From Alphaproteobacteria bacterium (lineage in GTDB: Bacteria > Pseudomonadota > Alphaproteobacteria > RF32 > CAG-239): a stretch of 64,000 bases of DNA. Location of the stretch: assembly GCA_045639065.1 (NCBI GenBank), contig JAZUCK010000017.1, positions 5,752-69,751 of the forward strand, written 5' to 3'. The position numbers were made by a program, and so were the translations under genes. Shown here in pieces: positions 54,743 to 63,708 of the stretch (positions are counted from its first letter, which is position 1; the number at the start of each line of letters is the position of its first letter). Below the pieces are notes generated by a model that saw only the letters and a list, made by a program, of their open reading frames with translations, was not told the DNA's origin and did no database searches.

Positions 54743-56794
54743 TTGTTTCAGGGTGTCAGATTAAAAAATAATCGTACGGAATTTTGTGTTTACGCCCCAA
54801 AAGCTCAAAAGTTGGAGCTTTGTTTGTTTTCCGATGATGAAAAAACGGAAACAAAAATTCCTATGCGAAAAGATGATGACGGCGTTTGGCGCGTGAAAAT
54901 AGAGGGTAATTTGGAGGGGCAAAAATACGGATATCGAAGCCATGGCGAATATAACCCGGATAACAAATGCTTTTTTAATCCAAATAAGCTGTTGGTTGAT
55001 CCTTATGCTTGTGAGGTTACTCGCAGTTTAAATTCGCTAAGCGAAGAGGAAAAACATGCTTTATGCGGAGATAATGACATTGATACGGCAAATATTGCGC
55101 CGAAAAGTGTGGTCAGGTTTTTAGATAAGGAAACTTTAGCTAAAAAGTATCCTTATTTATATAAGAAACCCAAAACAGAGTGGGGAAAAACTCATATTTA
55201 TGAGCTTAATGTCGGTAATTTTAGTGCTGAGCACCCTAATGTAAAACCACAAAACAGAGGCCGCCTAAAAGCTATTAGTGAAGTAATAGATTATTTTAAG
55301 GAAATGAATTATAACCAAATCGAGCTTATGCCTATTACACCGACTATGGTCGGAAAGCAAATTATTCAAGACAAGGGTTTGGTTGATCAATGGGGATATA
55401 ATCCGATAAATCATCACGCTATAGACAGCAGATATGGTAGTATTTATGACTTTTTGGCGGTGGTAAACGATTTGCATAAGAACGGCATAGAAGTTTGTAT
55501 GGACGTGGTGTATAACCATACCGGAGAGTTTGGGCCTGATTTGTATTTGCTGTCTTATAAAGGGTTAGATGCCGAAAGCTATTACAGATACTCGCCACAA
55601 GATAACAAAAGCTTTGTGAATACTACCGGTTGCGGTAACGGTTATAATCCGAATTCCGAACAAGGTGGAAAAATAATCAAAGACAGCTTAATGTTTTTTG
55701 CTGATATTTGCGGGGTTGATGCATTTAGGTTTGATTTGGCCGGCGATTGTGCCTTGGATAATAATTTGCAATTTAATCCGAATGGAAATTTTATGAAAAT
55801 CGTCAGAGAGGTTGCTGAGGAAACCGGAGCTAAAATGAGTGGCGAACCATGGAGTGCGGTTGGCGGATATTTCTTGGGTGCAATGGATGGTATCAGCGAG
55901 TGGAATGATAAGCACGAAAAAACATTGCGTAAATTTTTACGAGGTGAATATGGTCAAATCGGGGATTTGGCTCGTTATATGGCCGGCGGCGGTGTTAAAA
56001 ACAAAATAAATATTTTCACCAAGCATGATGGTGTTACTCAATATGATTGGGTTACATATCATGAAAAGAATAATTATGAAAATAACGAAAACAATCGTGA
56101 CGGCAGTAATGATAATTATTACAGCCCATCATTCAGTGAAGAACAAAAATTGGTAAAAACTAAATCGGCTCATGCCTTAAATGTGTTGTCCAGAGGTGTG
56201 CCGCTAAGTCTTAGCGGTGACGAAATTTGGCATACTCAAGGTGGTAATAATAACGGATATGCCATACGTTTTCCGATTAAATGGAATAATTTGACCGCTG
56301 AACAAAAAGAAAGATATTTATTTGAACGCAAAATAAATGCATTTAGGCAAAATCATCCGATTTTCTGTCAGGCAGATAATATCAATACCGAGGTTATGCC
56401 TAACGGAAAGCCAAGGTGGGAATGGTTTAATATCAATGGCGAATATATGCAACAAGGCGATTGGGATTTTTATGAAAATAGATTTTTAGCTTACGTTTTG
56501 AACGGACACGGAAATGACGGTAAGCGCTTTGACGATGATTTTTTGGTGATGATGTCGGGAAATGTTTGCGGAAATATGGAAGTAAGATTGCCGGAATTAC
56601 CTCATAAAGGACAGTGGAGATTGGTTTTTGATACTTCAAAAAATGCTTCGCATAAAGACGAAAAAAGTTATCAGAAAGGCGATGTTTATGTAATAGAGCC
56701 TCATAGTGTTGTGGTGCTTACAAATCATCGTCCGGAACAAATAGAAAATCAAAAAATAAGACAAATATTTAATGAAAAATCAGGAGGAAGATAA
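54743..56794 (+). CDS. glgX: Glycogen debranching enzyme GlgX (GH13)
   Basis: 683 aa. MDVVYNHTGE, DAFRFDLAG and GEPWS motifs. TTG start 5 nt after AGGAGG. Confidence 0.9.
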   Translation: MFQGVRLKNNRTEFCVYAPKAQKLELCLFSDDEKTETKIPMRKDDDGVWRVKIEGNLEGQKYGYRSHGEYNPDNKCFFNPNKLLVDPYACEVTRSLNSLSEEEKHALCGDNDIDTANIAPKSVVRFLDKETLAKKYPYLYKKPKTEWGKTHIYELNVGNFSAEHPNVKPQNRGRLKAISEVIDYFKEMNYNQIELMPITPTMVGKQIIQDKGLVDQWGYNPINHHAIDSRYGSIYDFLAVVNDLHKNGIEVCMDVVYNHTGEFGPDLYLLSYKGLDAESYYRYSPQDNKSFVNTTGCGNGYNPNSEQGGKIIKDSLMFFADICGVDAFRFDLAGDCALDNNLQFNPNGNFMKIVREVAEETGAKMSGEPWSAVGGYFLGAMDGISEWNDKHEKTLRKFLRGEYGQIGDLARYMAGGGVKNKINIFTKHDGVTQYDWVTYHEKNNYENNENNRDGSNDNYYSPSFSEEQKLVKTKSAHALNVLSRGVPLSLSGDEIWHTQGGNNNGYAIRFPIKWNNLTAEQKERYLFERKINAFRQNHPIFCQADNINTEVMPNGKPRWEWFNINGEYMQQGDWDFYENRFLAYVLNGHGNDGKRFDDDFLVMMSGNVCGNMEVRLPELPHKGQWRLVFDTSKNASHKDEKSYQKGDVYVIEPHSVVVLTNHRPEQIENQKIRQIFNEKSGGR

Positions 56795-56795
56795 T

Positions 56796-57923
56796 ATGAC
56801 ACAAATAAAAGATTCTACAGAATTAGATTTTTGTGATGTTTTGTTTATGCCTAAAAGAACTACGCTCAATTCTCGAAGCGAGGCCGACGTAATTAAAGAA
56901 TATAAATTTAAGTATTATCCGCACACATTAAAATCTTGTGGAATTATGGCCGCAAATATGGCAACCACCGGAACTTTTGAAATAAATAATGTTTTGCAAA
57001 AATATCAGGCAATTACTTGTTTGCATAAGCACTATGATTTTCAAGAAAAAAACAACCTTGAGTATATAAATAAAAACTACAAGAAAAAAGAAAGTGATAA
57101 AAATTCTTATACCTTTATTTCTACCGGTTTGAAAGATGATAAGAAAAAATTATTCAAAGTGCTGAGTGATAAAAACTTTAAGATTGATAAGCTTTGTATA
57201 GATATTGCCAACGGATATATTCCTAAATTGCTTGAGTTTGTCAAAGAGGTTAGAGCTAAATTTCCTCATCTTTTGATAATGGTTGGAAATGTGGTTACCG
57301 GTGATATGACACAAGACTTAATTTTGAGCGGTGCTGATATTGTAAAAGTCGGAATCGGCCCCGGTTCTGTTTGTACAACTCGTAAATTGACCGGTGTAGG
57401 ACGTCCACAACTTTCGGCAATTTTAGAGTGTGCTGATGCAGCGCATGGTGTTGGCGGTTTGGTTTGTGCAGATGGTGGTTGTACTTGCGCCGGTGATGTG
57501 GCAAAAGCTTTTGGAGCAGGCGCAGATTTTGTTATGCTCGGCGGAATGTTTGCCGGTACGGACGAAGCCGCCGGTGAACTGATTGAAAAAGTCGTTCAAA
57601 CCAACCAAATTACCGGTGTAGATGACAAGACAAAAGAAGTTATATTTATGCAGAAAAAAGAAAAATATAAACAGTTTTATGGTATGTCGTCACAGTTGGC
57701 GCAAGAAAAGCATTTTGGCGGAATGGCTTGTTATCGCGCTTCGGAAGGTAAGGTCGTTGAGGTTGCATATAAGGGAAGTGTTGAAAACGTCATTATGGAG
57801 ATTTTAGGCGGTGTCCGTTCGACAATGTCTTATATCGGTGCCAGAAGATTAAAAGATATTCCAAAATGTACGACCTTTTATCGAGTTAATCGACAACTTA
57901 ATGAAGTTTTCGGTAAAAGCTAG
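56796..57923 (+). CDS. guaC: GMP reductase (IMPDH/GMPR family)
   Basis: LDFCDVLFMPKRTTLNSRSE at the N-terminus, GIGPGSVCTTR catalytic loop and ADGGCTCAGDVAKAFGAGADFVMLGG. Start at ATG 56796 after AGGAGGAAG. Confidence 0.9.
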   Translation: MTQIKDSTELDFCDVLFMPKRTTLNSRSEADVIKEYKFKYYPHTLKSCGIMAANMATTGTFEINNVLQKYQAITCLHKHYDFQEKNNLEYINKNYKKKESDKNSYTFISTGLKDDKKKLFKVLSDKNFKIDKLCIDIANGYIPKLLEFVKEVRAKFPHLLIMVGNVVTGDMTQDLILSGADIVKVGIGPGSVCTTRKLTGVGRPQLSAILECADAAHGVGGLVCADGGCTCAGDVAKAFGAGADFVMLGGMFAGTDEAAGELIEKVVQTNQITGVDDKTKEVIFMQKKEKYKQFYGMSSQLAQEKHFGGMACYRASEGKVVEVAYKGSVENVIMEILGGVRSTMSYIGARRLKDIPKCTTFYRVNRQLNEVFGKS

Positions 57924-57943
57924 TCAGTACAACACAGAGCAAC

Positions 57944-57972
57944 AAAAAAACCACCCAAAAGGGTGGTTTTTT
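57944..57972 (+). terminator. guaC terminator
   Basis: AAAAAAA-CCACCC-aaaa-GGGTGG-TTTTTT. Confidence 0.8.
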
Positions 57973-58225
57973 ATTGGCTTTAGGCTTCTAGCTTACTAGG
58001 CTCAAAAGGTTTTTCGCCAAGTGCGCGTCGGTCACTTGTTTTGTAATATTTTTATCGTCGATTTACACCGGCTCAAAAAAATAACAAAACTACGCCTCTT
58101 GCGGTAAAAACAACAAGAGCAGTTGTTGTTTTTATCCTCGAGCTGATTCTTCACAGGCTTCGCCTGTTCGCAGGCAAGCAAGGAACAACAAAAAAAAGAC
58201 CTACATGAAGTAGGTCTTTTTTTGT

Positions 58226-58243
58226 TGGCTCCGGCTGCCTGAT
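58226..58243 (-). repeat. Orphan copy of the 3' end of tRNA-Asn (18 nt, including CCA and the 3' acceptor strand)
   Basis: tggctccggctgcctgat is identical to 58418-58435. Like the real tRNA end, it is preceded by a terminator hairpin with conserved flanks. Confidence 0.85.
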
Positions 58244-58378
58244 GGGGTACTCCCGCTCATAATATTCGCGGGTCCTCCTCGCGTCGTAAGGCTCGTACTT
58301 CACGTTGTTTGTACTCGCCAACTATCCGCTCCGAACAGAGCGACCAAGGTCGCCTACTCAAATCAACCAAACAGAGCA

Positions 58379-58411
58379 CAAAAAAATCCCTAACCATAAA
58401 AGGTTAGGGAT
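58379..58411 (-). terminator. Terminator of the tRNA-Cys/tRNA-Asn operon
   Basis: Minus strand: UCCCUAACC-uuuau-GGUUAGGGA followed by UUUUUUUG. Confidence 0.8.
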
Positions 58412-58417
58412 TGTTTT

Positions 58418-58492
58418 TGGCTCCGGCTGCCTGATTCGAACAGGCGACCAATCGGTTAACAGCCGATTGCTCTACCGCTGAGCTAAGCCGGA
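58418..58492 (-). tRNA. tRNA-Asn (anticodon GUU), CCA encoded
   Basis: Hand-folded cloverleaf: acceptor UCCGGCU/AGCCGGA, D arm GCUC/GAGC, anticodon stem AUCGG/CCGAU with loop CUGUUAA, T arm GCCUG-UUCGAAU-CAGGC, discriminator G, then CCA. Confidence 0.93.
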
Positions 58493-58507
58493 ATAAAACT
58501 TTCGTTT

Positions 58508-58582
58508 TGGAGGCCGGTACCGGAATCGAACCGATGTACAAGGATTTGCAGTCCTCTGCATGAGCCACTCTGCCAACCGGCC
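58508..58582 (-). tRNA. tRNA-Cys (anticodon GCA), CCA encoded
   Basis: Hand-folded: acceptor GGCCGGU/ACCGGCC, anticodon loop CUGCAAA, T loop UUCGAUU, discriminator U, then CCA. Confidence 0.9.
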
Positions 58583-58615
58583 GATAAGTTACCGTTCTCT
58601 CAATCGGTGAGTACA

Positions 58616-58643
58616 TATATACAATAATTTTTTTTCCAGTCAA
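58616..58643 (-). promoter_or_regulatory. Promoter TTGACT-N16-TATATA of the tRNA operon
   Basis: Read on the minus strand, about 30 nt upstream of the tRNA-Cys 5' end. Confidence 0.5.
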
Positions 58644-58726
58644 TATCTTTTTTAAAAAAATTTACTTTTTATTGCATAATTGTATTATGTTAGCAAATAT
58701 TACCTGACAAAAGGAGATTTTTTATT

Positions 58727-59155
58727 ATGAAAGTGGTTATTGGAGCCGATCATGGCGGGTTTGAGTTAAAAGAGTTTTTGAAAAATAACTTTGAATATCC
58801 TGAGATTTCTTGGCTTGATGTCGGTACTAATTCAACCGAATCGTGTGATTACCCCCTAATTGCCGATAAGTTAAGTGAAGTTATACTTAATAAACAGGCT
58901 GATATAGGTGTCTTGATTTGCGGTTCGGGAATTGGTATATCTATTGCGGCAAATCGTCACAAGGGAATCAGAGCCGCTTTGCTTTATAATAACGAAGTAG
59001 CTTCGTTGGCAAAAGAACATAATAATGCAAATGTTGCTGTCTTTGGAGCCAGAACACAAACAAGAGACGAGGTTGTGAAATATTTGACCACATTTCTGAA
59101 TACATCTTTTTCAAATGGCGAAAGACATTGCCGAAGAATTGAAGAGTTGGGATAG
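58727..59155 (+). CDS. rpiB: Ribose-5-phosphate isomerase B
   Basis: 142 aa: MKVVIGADHGGFELKE..., CGSGIGISIAANR. Confidence 0.93.
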   Translation: MKVVIGADHGGFELKEFLKNNFEYPEISWLDVGTNSTESCDYPLIADKLSEVILNKQADIGVLICGSGIGISIAANRHKGIRAALLYNNEVASLAKEHNNANVAVFGARTQTRDEVVKYLTTFLNTSFSNGERHCRRIEELG

Positions 59156-59180
59156 TTTTTTATATAAGGATTAAATAAAT

Positions 59181-60434
59181 ATGGATTTTGTTGAAAATTT
59201 GCAAACAGAAGATAATGATATTTTTGGTATAATCGGAAAAGAGTTGAAACGTCAGCAACAACAAATAGAACTTATTGCTTCGGAGAATATTGTATCTCGC
59301 GCAGTTATGGAGGCTCAAGGTTCGATTTTGACCAATAAATATGCTGAAGGATATCCTAATAAACGTTATTATCACGGTTGCGAATTTGTTGACGAGATTG
59401 AAACATTGGCTATAGAAAGAGCAAAAAAACTTTTTAATGCTAAGTTTGCTAATGTTCAGCCACATTCAGGAAGTCAGGCTAATGTTGCCGTTTATTTGGC
59501 TTTGTTAAAACCGAATGATACTCTTTTGGGTATGAGCCTTGATGCCGGCGGTCACTTGACCCATGGTTCAAAAGTTTCGATTTCGGGTAAATGGCTTAAT
59601 TCGGTTTCTTATGGCGTGGATAAAGACAGCGGTTTGATTGATTATGATATGGTGGAAAAATTGGCCGTTGAACACAGTCCAAAACTTATAATTGCAGGTG
59701 GTTCGGCTTATCCGAGAGCTATTGATTTTGCACGCTTTAGAAAAATTGCCGATAAAGTCGGTGCTTATCTTATGGTCGATATGGCTCACTTTGCCGGACT
59801 TGTTGCCGGTGGTGTTCATCAAAATCCGCTTGAGTTTGCCGATGTGGTAACATCTACCACACACAAAACTTTGCGCGGTCCTCGTGGCGGACTTATTTTG
59901 ACTAATAATGAAGAGTTGGCTAAGAAAATAAATTCAGCAATTTTTCCAGGTTCGCAAGGTGGACCTTTAATGCACGTAATTGCCGGAAAAGCTGTGTGCT
60001 TTAAGGAAGACTTGAGTGATAAATTCAAAGAATATGCTAAGCAAGTTGTAAAAAATGCCGTTGTTTTAGGTGAAACTTTGAAAAAAAGAGGTTTGGAATT
60101 AGTTTCCGGCGGAACAGATACCCATTTGTTGTTGGTTGACCTAAGACCAAAGAATGTGACAGGCGACATTGTTGCCGATGCTTTGGATAAAGCTCATATG
60201 ACTTGTAATAAAAACTCTATTCCTTTTGATCCTATGCCGCCAAAGGTAACTTCGGGTATCAGATTGGGAACTCCGGCCGGCACAACCAGAGGATTTAAGG
60301 AAAAAGAGTTTGAAATGATAGGAACTTGGATTGCCGATGTGATTGAGGCAATCGGAACATCTGATGAAGCAAAAGTCATTGAAGAAACTTCTAAAAAAGT
60401 TCTTGGTTTGTGCAATCAATTTCCGATTTATTAG
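59181..60434 (+). CDS. glyA: Serine hydroxymethyltransferase
   Basis: 417 aa. [10 protein letters not shown], and [16 protein letters not shown] containing the PLP lysine. Confidence 0.97.
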   Translation: MDFVENLQTEDNDIFGIIGKELKRQQQQIELIASENIVSRAVMEAQGSILTNKYAEGYPNKRYYHGCEFVDEIETLAIERAKKLFNAKFANVQPHSGSQANVAVYLALLKPNDTLLGMSLDAGGHLTHGSKVSISGKWLNSVSYGVDKDSGLIDYDMVEKLAVEHSPKLIIAGGSAYPRAIDFARFRKIADKVGAYLMVDMAHFAGLVAGGVHQNPLEFADVVTSTTHKTLRGPRGGLILTNNEELAKKINSAIFPGSQGGPLMHVIAGKAVCFKEDLSDKFKEYAKQVVKNAVVLGETLKKRGLELVSGGTDTHLLLVDLRPKNVTGDIVADALDKAHMTCNKNSIPFDPMPPKVTSGIRLGTPAGTTRGFKEKEFEMIGTWIADVIEAIGTSDEAKVIEETSKKVLGLCNQFPIY

Positions 60435-60454
60435 AATAAGTTTTTAGCTATTTT

Positions 60455-60881
60455 AAAAAAGAAACCACGACCTTCCCAGGCAGTGGTTTTCAATAAATGG
60501 CAAAATAAAAAAACTTGTGGTTAAGCGGAACAAGAAGTTCCTATATCTTTGGTAAAATAATTTTCATAAAAGGACAGTCAACTTCGCAGCTCACTGCCCA
60601 CTGAAACAGTTTAAGTATTTAACCCTTTGGAAAAAGGGGTTCGTATGAACAAAAATGTTCATTGTATGTTTTCAACTATGGCTTAAAAAAAATTAAGCGA
60701 CAGTTTGATGATTTTCACAAAAGACAGTCAACTTCGCAGCTCACTGTCTCCAAACTAGTGTTACCTAGAAATTCATATGACTAAAGCAAAAAGCCCAATA
60801 TATTGAACGAAAGAAGTCCAATATATTTTCCTTGTACGTCATATAGACACCCCAATAATTCAACAACATAATATGACTTTG
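60455..60881 (-). ncRNA. Putative structured ncRNA unit A (promoter 60889-60917 to terminator 60463-60488); contains two repeat modules
   Basis: Minus-strand TTGACC-N17-TAGAGA promoter. The terminator AACCACUGCC-UGGGAA-GGUCGUGGUU followed by UUUCUUUUUU also serves glyA on the plus strand. No ORF of 60 aa or more. Confidence 0.45.
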
Positions 60882-60943
60882 TGAAACATCTCTAGCACAT
60901 TTATTTTTTTGGGTCAATATTTTTTTTGTCTACATAAAAGCAT

Positions 60944-61407
60944 AAAAAAAAACCGCGACCTTCACAGGCCACGGTTCAAGAAAAAGTAAATGTAAATGTA
61001 TTTAACCCTTGAAAAGGGGTGGGGTATGAACATAATGTTCATTATATATTTTTAACTATGGCTTAAAAAATTTAAGCGATAGTTTGATAATTTTCATAAA
61101 AAGACAGTCAACTTCTCAGCTCACTGCCTCCGTGGGAAAAATCCCAATTATGCAAAAAATCAAAGTAATGGAGCTTAGTAGCTCATTATATGTTTTCAAC
61201 TGTGGCTTAACGGTATTTAAGCGGTAGTTGGGATAAATCTTCACAAAGGAACCACAATCTGTCTCAGACTATAGTTCCCAAAAAATTTAACATTATGCGT
61301 AGATCCATCAGAGAATCAGAACTCAAAAACTCTGATGTGGGGTATTAAGTATAATATTACGATTTATCAAAAAAAGTTTAATGATTGTCATAATAATACT
61401 TAATGAT
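60944..61407 (-). ncRNA. Putative structured ncRNA unit B (promoter 61415-61443 to terminator 60951-60976); contains two repeat modules
   Basis: Minus-strand TTGACC-N17-TACATA promoter. The terminator AACCGUGGCC-UGUGAA-GGUCGCGGUU followed by U9 is a perfect stem only on the minus strand, where two mismatches become G-U pairs. Confidence 0.5.
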
Positions 61408-61474
61408 GACAAGATATGTAGCATAATTTTTAAGGTAGGTCAATAGTTTTTTTTGTCTATATTTGTTTGATTCT

Positions 61475-61768
61475 AAAAAAAACCGCGACTTTCCCAAGCC
61501 ACGGTTTTCGATGAAATGAAAATTAAAGTATTTAACCCCGAAGGGCTATGTTTTGTAACTATGGCTTAAAAGTTTAAGCGATAGTTTTAAGAATCTTCAT
61601 AAAAGAACCACGACCTGTCTCAGGCAGTAGTTCCACCGTCATTTTTCAACTCATTTTTATTTATGAATAGAGCACTACGCGACAAGAATAGTGCTTTTCC
61701 TTAAATTTAAGTATTGTTATGATTTATCACTTTGAAGGATACTTATATCTTAATAATACTTAAAACAT
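61475..61768 (-). ncRNA. Putative structured ncRNA unit C (promoter 61776-61804 to terminator 61481-61506); contains one repeat module
   Basis: Minus-strand TTGACA-N17-TACGCA promoter. The terminator AACCGUGGCU-UGGGAA-AGUCGCGGUU followed by U8 shows a compensatory C-G to U-A change relative to unit B. Confidence 0.5.
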
Positions 61769-61895
61769 ACGAGTATGCGTATCAGATGTTGGATAACTTG
61801 TCAATATTTTTTGTCTAAAATATTTAAATAAAATATTTAGATTTGGTATGTTATGCTAAAGTGCTTGGATAATTAGAATATAAGGACGATTAAAA

Positions 61896-63221
61896 ATGAA
61901 AAAAATAAGCACTTCGAAGTTGGCGGAAATTGTCGGTTTTAAGGGCGAATTGATTGATGTAGTGATAGAAAGAGTTGAAACCGACAGTCGTAAGATTCAA
62001 AAAGGCGATTTGTTTATTGCCATTAGGGGCGAAAAATTTGACGGTCATAATTTTGTTAAACAAGTTTTGGAAGCCGGTGCGGAACTGGTAGTTGTTGAAG
62101 AGTTAGTTGAAGGTGTTGATGTAAAAAGGCAAATTGTCGTTGAAAATTCGCTTAAGGCATATGGTAAAATAGGCGCTTATAATCGTTCGTTGTTTAAAGG
62201 AAAAGTCATCGGACTGACCGGCAGTGCCGGAAAGACCACAACCAAAGAAGAAATAAAATTTGCATTGGAACAGTTTGGCAAGGTATATGCCACAAAAGGC
62301 AATTTTAATAATAATGTCGGCGTGCCGATTACTTTGTGCGATATAGATTTTGATGCCGATTATGCGGTGATTGAAATGGGTATGAGTGCCAAAGGCGAAA
62401 TTGAAGAATTGGTCGATTATGTAAAGCCGGATATTGCGATTGTTACCAATGTTTATCCGATGCATATCGAATTTTTTAACGAGTTTAAGGATATTGCCGA
62501 AGCTAAGGCCGAAATTTTTAAATCTCTGAAAAAAGGCGGTGCGGCAATTATCAATCAAGATACCAATTTTGCCGATATTTTAGAAAACAGAGCCAAAGAA
62601 AATGGCGCAAAAATCATCAAATTCGGCAAAGAAAATCATATCAATGCCGAGTTAAAACTTGATGATGAAGCCGAGCATAATTTTTATAATGCTTGGTGCG
62701 TCTTAGCACTAATTGAAGAGCTTGGTTTAGATGTTAAAAAAACAGCAGAGCATTTGAGCGGATTTAAGGCTTTGGCCGGACGTGGTGCAAAGCATTTGTT
62801 AAATTTGGCAAACGGCGGAAAATATACTTTGATTGATGATAGTTATTCCGGTCAGCCGGAAGCAATGAAAATTGCAATAAAATCGTTGGGTAATATGAAA
62901 ACGCAAGGTCGTAAAATTGCGGTTTTGGGTAAAATGGCCGAACTTGGCGATACTTCGAAAGCGCAACATATCGAAATTGGCAAAGCGGTCGCAAATACTA
63001 ATATTGATATTGTTATCGGGGTTTGTGAAGAGATGAAAGATATGTTGGCTCAAGTCGGAAGTGATAAAGAAAAGCATTATTTTGAAAATAAAGAAGGATT
63101 AGATGAATTTTTGTTAAATAAGTGCTTGCAAAATAATGATATTGTTCTTATAAAAGGGGCAAGGTATTCTTCAAAATTATACCAAGTAACGGAAAAACTT
63201 TTGGAAAAAGGTGTGGCTTAA
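61896..63221 (+). CDS. murF: UDP-N-acetylmuramoyl-tripeptide--D-alanyl-D-alanine ligase
   Basis: 441 aa. [14 protein letters not shown]-loop and Mur ligase middle and C-terminal domains. Not embedded in a dcw cluster here. Confidence 0.92.
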   Translation: MKKISTSKLAEIVGFKGELIDVVIERVETDSRKIQKGDLFIAIRGEKFDGHNFVKQVLEAGAELVVVEELVEGVDVKRQIVVENSLKAYGKIGAYNRSLFKGKVIGLTGSAGKTTTKEEIKFALEQFGKVYATKGNFNNNVGVPITLCDIDFDADYAVIEMGMSAKGEIEELVDYVKPDIAIVTNVYPMHIEFFNEFKDIAEAKAEIFKSLKKGGAAIINQDTNFADILENRAKENGAKIIKFGKENHINAELKLDDEAEHNFYNAWCVLALIEELGLDVKKTAEHLSGFKALAGRGAKHLLNLANGGKYTLIDDSYSGQPEAMKIAIKSLGNMKTQGRKIAVLGKMAELGDTSKAQHIEIGKAVANTNIDIVIGVCEEMKDMLAQVGSDKEKHYFENKEGLDEFLLNKCLQNNDIVLIKGARYSSKLYQVTEKLLEKGVA

Positions 63222-63225
63222 AAAG

Positions 63226-63708
63226 ATGAAATGTCCTTTTTGCGGATGTAATGATACTCAAGTAAAAGACTCTCGTAATGCAGACGATGATACTGCAATT
63301 CGTCGCCGTCGTGAATGTCCGGAGTGTGGGCAAAGGTTTACTACATTTGAACACGTGCAATTGCGTGATTTGATTGTAGTTAAGAAAAACGGTGAAAGAG
63401 TGATGTTTGACAGGGATAAACTTGCACGTTCTATCTATATAGCTGTCAGAAAACGTCCGATTGCAAGCGAAAGAGTCGAAAAAATAGTAAACTCTATTCA
63501 CAGACGCTTGGAAAGTACCGGCGAGGTTGAAATTATGTCAACTAAAATCGGCGATATGATTATGGAAGCTTTGGCAAGGTTAGATCATGTGGCCTATATC
63601 AGATATGCTTCGGTGTATAAGGACTTTAGAGAATTGAAAGATTTTGAAGAATTTTTAGATACATTGGCCAAAATGGCAAAGCCAAAAGGAGATGAAGAAA
63701 ATGGCTAA
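63226..63708 (+). CDS. nrdR: Transcriptional repressor NrdR
   Basis: [18 protein letters not shown]...[17 protein letters not shown] zinc ribbon plus ATP-cone domain. Start at ATG 63226. Confidence 0.95.
   Translation: MKCPFCGCNDTQVKDSRNADDDTAIRRRRECPECGQRFTTFEHVQLRDLIVVKKNGERVMFDRDKLARSIYIAVRKRPIASERVEKIVNSIHRRLESTGEVEIMSTKIGDMIMEALARLDHVAYIRYASVYKDFRELKDFEEFLDTLAKMAKPKGDEENG

Noticed and set aside
57924-58420. Integrated prophage or genomic island at tRNA-Asn
   Set aside because: Only the duplicated tRNA ends are present. There is no integrase, no cargo ORFs and less than 250 bp between repeats. It is reported only as scars of an empty att site.
58404-58643. 79-aa minus-strand ORF
   Set aside because: It is made up almost entirely of the tRNA-Asn and tRNA-Cys genes and their spacer and promoter. 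It is not coding.
60600-61590. Mini-ORFs inside the repeat modules (e.g. plus-strand MNKNVHCMFSTMA and MNIMFIIYF; minus-strand MKIIKLSLKFFKP and MKILKTIA), which might be small peptides or type I toxins
   Set aside because: Reading frame, length and stop position differ between copies, while the nucleotide stems are conserved with compensatory changes. The peptides are too short and not hydrophobic enough for typical type I toxins.
60435-61895. Possible CRISPR array, because short hairpin-forming repeats recur in an ORF-free region
   Set aside because: Repeat spacing is irregular (about 90 to 300 nt). The sequences between the repeats are themselves homologous between copies. The repeats are of several different kinds. 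No cas genes or leader are present. The structure fits tandem ncRNA genes, not repeat-spacer units.
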